Source: an uncultured bacterium
GTDB taxonomy: Bacteria > CAYJRR01
Length of the DNA stretch: 49,420 nucleotides
Reading direction: 5' to 3'
Assembly: GCA_964372275.1 (NCBI GenBank)
Contig: CAYJRR010000014.1
Coordinates: 1 to 49,420 of the forward strand
The position numbers and the translations under genes were made by a program. The notes under the pieces were generated by a model. The model was not told the origin of the DNA and ran no database searches. It saw only the letters and a list, made by a program, of their open reading frames with translations. Positions 45,934 to 49,420 of the stretch are shown here, piece after piece (positions within the stretch are counted from its first letter, which is position 1; every line of letters begins with the position of its first letter).

Positions 45934-46521
45934 ATGAACCGTTCATTCGGCTGGGTGGGGACGATGAAGGGCCTCGGATTCCTGTCGCTCGCGGTCCTCG
46001 CCGCCGGCTGCGGCAGCAGCGGCGTCGAGGAGATCTATCCGCTGGCCTCCGGCAACTACTCCATCGAGCTGGTCGAGGCGCCGGTCGACACCTGCTGGCC
46101 GCAGTCGTCGCTCTGGCCGCCGCTGGTCGACACCGAGATCGAGATCGCTACCGAGGGCGACAACATCGACGTCACCACCCCCGACGTCTCGCAGTGGCTC
46201 TTTCCCGCGTTCGCCGGGATCAAGGACGGCAACGAGCTCCTCGGGAAGGGGACCTACAGCTACGAGCTGACCGACCTCTGCTCGCTGCGGGCGACACTCA
46301 CCTTTCAGGGGGAGATGGTCGGCGGCGACGAGTTCGAAGGGACGGTCACGGTGACCTACGACGCCGGGATCAACAATCGCATCGGCACCCCGTCCGACTG
46401 CACGGCGCTGGCCGGCACGACCATCAGCTACCTCGTTCCGTTCCCCGAGCTGAACGATCCGGCCACTGGAAGCTGCGACGTCGCGCTCACGATCGACGGC
46501 GCCGCGGCCCGCGTTGAGTGA
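45934..46521 (+). CDS. Hypothetical acidic beta-rich lipoprotein
   Basis: GGAGG RBS; LAAGC lipobox; four further Cys; alternating beta-strand pattern. Confidence 0.8.
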   Translation: MNRSFGWVGTMKGLGFLSLAVLAAGCGSSGVEEIYPLASGNYSIELVEAPVDTCWPQSSLWPPLVDTEIEIATEGDNIDVTTPDVSQWLFPAFAGIKDGNELLGKGTYSYELTDLCSLRATLTFQGEMVGGDEFEGTVTVTYDAGINNRIGTPSDCTALAGTTISYLVPFPELNDPATGSCDVALTIDGAAARVE

Positions 46522-46539
46522 CCGGCCGACCGGCGGCGC

Positions 46540-47085
46540 TCAGCGCGGCGCGATTCGCCCGCGGTTCTCGGCGGCGGCGCGGTCCAACAGCAGCGGAAAG
46601 CCCCAGGCGTGGGCGCAGGTCAGATCGGCGGCGAGCGCCGGATCGCGCCCGCCCAGCTCGCCTAGGACGTCGGCGAAGAGGGCGTCGAAGCGGGCGCGCA
46701 GTCGGGTGAGACCTTCCGCCGTCGGAGCGGCGTCGTAGGCGACGGCCTCCTGCAACAACTGCTCGGCCGCACGCTTGAGCGCGAGCTTGGAGAACAGGCC
46801 GAGGTGCGGCGTATCGCGCAATCGTGGCACCAGCGCTTCGACGTCGATCTCCTGGCAGGACCAAAGCGGGCGCAAGTCGGTGGCGAGCGCGGCGGCCGCG
46901 TCGGCCGTGTCGGGCGGGCAGGGTTCGGTTTCGGCGCCCGGGGGTCCGGGGGGCCACCCGGGAGAGCCTGTAGGACGGAACAGACCAGGACCCTCGGCCG
47001 CCGCTGCGATGGCGCCAGACGGCCCGGCGCCGGAGGCGAAGGCCGCCACCACGCCGAGGGCCGCCGTCGAGATCGTGCGCCGCAT
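46540..47085 (-). CDS. Hypothetical exported helical protein
   Basis: Signal-like N-terminus; LVPRLRDTPHLGLFSKLALK helical domain; start uncertain. Confidence 0.6.
   Translation of the reverse strand: MRRTISTAALGVVAAFASGAGPSGAIAAAAEGPGLFRPTGSPGWPPGPPGAETEPCPPDTADAAAALATDLRPLWSCQEIDVEALVPRLRDTPHLGLFSKLALKRAAEQLLQEAVAYDAAPTAEGLTRLRARFDALFADVLGELGGRDPALAADLTCAHAWGFPLLLDRAAAENRGRIAPR
46940..46978 (+). repeat. Double-hairpin dispersed repeat, copy G (inside CDS, second hairpin degenerate)
   Basis: GGGGGT-CCGGG-GGGCCA-CCCGG-GAGA-GCCTGTAGGAC-GG; shares TCCGGGGGGCCACCCGGG with copy E. Confidence 0.7.
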
Positions 47086-47306
47086 CCCACGCATTCGGTG
47101 CAAGCGTCGCGCCCCGCGCGAAATCGCCGGATTTCAAGGCGCGGTCGCCGCCCCCCGTGGCCCCGCGGCCGGTGACCGCCGGAACCACCGGGACGGCGAT
47201 CACCCGCTCCGTTTTTTTTCGAGGCGCCGGTTGCAACGTCGGGTGGGTGCCCTAGTTGGTCGGCGCGATGAAAGACGGCAAGAAGAAACCGACGAGGAGA
47301 GTGGAG

Positions 47307-47846
47307 ATGGAAGGCATCGATCGAACCATCCAGCAGGTCGAGCGTTTCTACCGGGTGCTCACCGGCAACGAGGCGCCGCCCCCCTCCGAGTCTCCGTATG
47401 CGGTGATCCCGCCGGAACGGAACCCGGTGCGTCACGTCGAGGAACAGATCGAGCGGCTGATCGCCGCGCTCGGCACACCCACACTCGGCGCCGCCACGCC
47501 CGTCGCGGCCACTCCCGCCTGGACACCGCCCCTCTCCGTCACCGAGAACGCGCGTGAGTTGGTGATCTGCGTTGACCTTCCCGGCGTCGAAAAGGACGAC
47601 GTGGACCTGCAGGTCGTCGAAAACCGGCTCCTCCTCCAGGGCCGGCGTCCGGGGGCGGCGGCCGTCGCGGCCGGAGAACGGTTCGTCTCCGAACGACCGG
47701 CCGGCCGGTTCGAGCGGATCGTTCCCCTTCCCTTCCCCGTCGAGCCGGAGCGCCTGTCGGCCCAGATGAAAAACGGAGTGCTCGAAGTGCGGATCGCCAA
47801 GGCCGCGCCCCGGGTCGAGCCCCGGGCCGAGATCCCGATCCAGTAG
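47307..47846 (+). CDS. Hsp20/alpha-crystallin small heat shock protein
   Basis: WTPPLSV, VDLPGVEKDDV, SERPAGRFER, AQMKNGVLEVRIAK, C-terminal IPI; RBS before ATG 47307 (alternative 47268). Confidence 0.92.
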   Translation: MEGIDRTIQQVERFYRVLTGNEAPPPSESPYAVIPPERNPVRHVEEQIERLIAALGTPTLGAATPVAATPAWTPPLSVTENARELVICVDLPGVEKDDVDLQVVENRLLLQGRRPGAAAVAAGERFVSERPAGRFERIVPLPFPVEPERLSAQMKNGVLEVRIAKAAPRVEPRAEIPIQ

Positions 47847-47957
47847 GCGCCACGCCGGACACCGAACGACTTCGTTTTTGCCGCCCATCGGAGTCGGCCG
47901 TGGGGGTCGACCGTCCGTGGAGGCATTGACCGCAGCACGAGAAGAGAAGGTACGAAC

Positions 47958-48353
47958 ATGGAGACCGCCAAGGTGGACGTCCGCAAGCTGCAGCTCCTGA
48001 ACGACCGCATCAACCAGACGATCGACGCCTTGAACCAGGTACGGCTGTCGGTTCACGGCCTGCAGCACACCACCGGACTCGGCGCCCAGATCCCGTTCGC
48101 CTACGGCGCGCAGGGCTACGGCGCGCAGCCGTTCGGCGCAGGCGTGCAGCAGCCGGGCGTTCCGTTCGGGGCGCCGGGGATGATGGGCCAGCAGGCCCCG
48201 TGGCTCGGCGGCATCAGCCACACGTCGGCGCCCTGGGGTGCCTACGGGTACGGGACGGGGATCGAGCAGCAGGATCCGTTCATCGCCTCCCGCTACGCGC
48301 AGACCTTCCCCTACGCCTACTCGCTGGTCCCGCCGGTGGTGCCGGGCCTCTAG
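47958..48353 (+). CDS. 131-aa protein: coiled-coil head plus G/Q/P/aromatic low-complexity tail
   Basis: GAAGG RBS, GC3-biased codons, downstream hairpin. Confidence 0.85.
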   Translation: METAKVDVRKLQLLNDRINQTIDALNQVRLSVHGLQHTTGLGAQIPFAYGAQGYGAQPFGAGVQQPGVPFGAPGMMGQQAPWLGGISHTSAPWGAYGYGTGIEQQDPFIASRYAQTFPYAYSLVPPVVPGL

Positions 48354-48373
48354 TCGTTCGCCCGCCGGAGCGT

Positions 48374-48407
48374 GGGACGGGGGATGCCCGCACGGGTCCC
48401 CCGTCCC
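48374..48407 (+). terminator. Strong hairpin after the low-complexity gene (terminator or mRNA stabiliser)
   Basis: GGGACGGGGGA/TCCCCCGTCCC 11-bp stem plus inner CCCG/CGGG; no U-tract. Confidence 0.5.
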
Positions 48408-48429
48408 CGTCCTTCCGGCCGAGCCATTC

Positions 48430-48618
48430 ATGAGACCGATCGAAGAGAGCACGCTGCCGTTCGCCTTCGCCGACGTGGAGTCGATCAGCGACGACGGCGA
48501 AGTGGTCATCCGCCTCGGCGACGGCGAGCGAACGACGGTCCAGGTTCCGCTCGAACAGGTTCCGGCGCTCCGGCGACGGACCGTGGAGGAACGTCCGCGA
48601 TCGGTTCGCGCGGGGTGA
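48430..48618 (+). CDS. Small hypothetical protein (62 aa)
   Basis: MRPIEESTLPFAFADVESISDDGEVVIRL; fills the gap before the TPR gene. Confidence 0.5.
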   Translation: MRPIEESTLPFAFADVESISDDGEVVIRLGDGERTTVQVPLEQVPALRRRTVEERPRSVRAG

Positions 48619-48625
48619 CCGCGCG

Positions 48626-49420
48626 ATGAGCACCTCCTCGAGTCCCGCGGACGATCGCCTGGAACACGCCCGGGTCCTGGTCGAGGTCGACGACCTCGCC
48701 GAAGCGGAGCTCGAGGTCGCGACTCATCTCGAGGCCCGTCCGGACGACCTCGACGCCTTGAGCCTGCTCGCCAAGATCAAGCACATCCGCGGACAGCTCT
48801 CGCAGGCGATCGCCTGCTGGGCGCAGATCCACGCGCTCACGCCGATGGCCGAGGTGGCCCGCATGCACCTGGTCGCCATCCTCCACCTGGCGAAGGACCC
48901 GGAGGAGGCGGCCGGCGAGTTCGCCGCCCTCGGGCGTTTCCAGGTGATCCGCCGCACCTCCGCCCAGCTGGAGCTGGAGGAGGCGTTTCGCGCCTTCCTC
49001 GCGCGCCGGCCGGACGAGGCGCGGGCCCGATGCGATCTCCTCGCGCGGCGCTACGCCGGCGTCGACCGCGAAGTCTTCAAGCTGGCGGTCCTGGCCGACG
49101 GCTGGATCGCGGAGCTCGCGGGAGACCTGGAGGGGGCCGCGCGCCGGCTCGAGCGCCTCGGGTTGGAGAAGGGGTTCGAGACCGACGTCGACCGCGTCCA
49201 GGCGTTGATGGCGGTCTACGAACGGATCGGCACCCCGGAGAAGATCGAGGCCGCGATCCACATCTGCCAGTTCCTGGAGCGCAAGCAACCGAGGCTGAGC
49301 ACCCTCGGCAGCCTGGCGTCGCTCCATCGGCGGCTGTGCGAACGCGCGGCGGCCGAGCGTTACGACGCCGAGTTCCACCGCGCCTTCCGACGGAGGATTC
49401 ACCGCCCCTCGTTCGCCGAG
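48626..49420 (+). CDS. TPR-like helical repeat protein, runs off window (not in ORF track)
   Basis: Manual translation MSTSSSPADDRLEHARVLVEVDDLAEAE...RPDDLDALSLLAKIKHIRGQLSQAIACW; frame appears open to the end. Confidence 0.8.
   Translation, partial: MSTSSSPADDRLEHARVLVEVDDLAEAELEVATHLEARPDDLDALSLLAKIKHIRGQLSQAIACWAQIHALTPMAEVARMHLVAILHLAKDPEEAAGEFAALGRFQVIRRTSAQLELEEAFRAFLARRPDEARARCDLLARRYAGVDREVFKLAVLADGWIAELAGDLEGAARRLERLGLEKGFETDVDRVQALMAVYERIGTPEKIEAAIHICQFLERKQPRLSTLGSLASLHRRLCERAAAERYDAEFHRAFRRRIHRPSFAE

Noticed and set aside
2427-46978. Repeats as CRISPR array or integron attC sites
   Set aside because: Dispersed in both orientations, no regular spacers, no cas or intI gene, no RYYYAAC/GTTRRRY boxes
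47200-47306. Heat-shock regulatory elements upstream of Hsp20
   Set aside because: No CIRCE or clear sigma32 motif; AGGCGCCGGTTGCA has GG-N8-GC, wrong spacing for sigma54

Overview
Very GC-rich bacterial chromosomal segment. An FHA-GGDEF cyclase, a Cys+TM+RRRR-tailed metalloprotease, several sigma54-type promoters and many secreted orphans point to a Myxococcota/deltaproteobacteria-like organism (inference). Housekeeping content: a minus-strand run mreC-mreD-mrdA-rodA-thiL-cheY-like-DGC-larB-larC (no adjacent mreB), ppiD-like, rlmI-like, vapBC, acyl-CoA ligase, alpha-2-macroglobulin+pbpC, mutS2 and a TIGR02757-like gene. No rRNA, tRNA, CRISPR array, transposase or integrase was seen. Most notable: (1) a dispersed ~40-45 nt double-hairpin repeat with 8 copies showing compensatory changes, several lying inside reading frames; (2) an Hsp20 gene followed by a short protein with a prion-like low-complexity tail and a TPR protein; (3) a CASTOR/POLLUX-type channel with a plant-like filter motif; (4) four sigma54 promoters, each ahead of an uncharacterised exported protein; (5) an atypical secreted PLD beside an EEP lipoprotein; (6) a beta-propeller/c-heme protein paired with a CXXC-less thioredoxin-like protein. 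Family assignments are from motif recognition only; no searches were run, and many long ORFs in the supplied track are GC-rich shadow frames.
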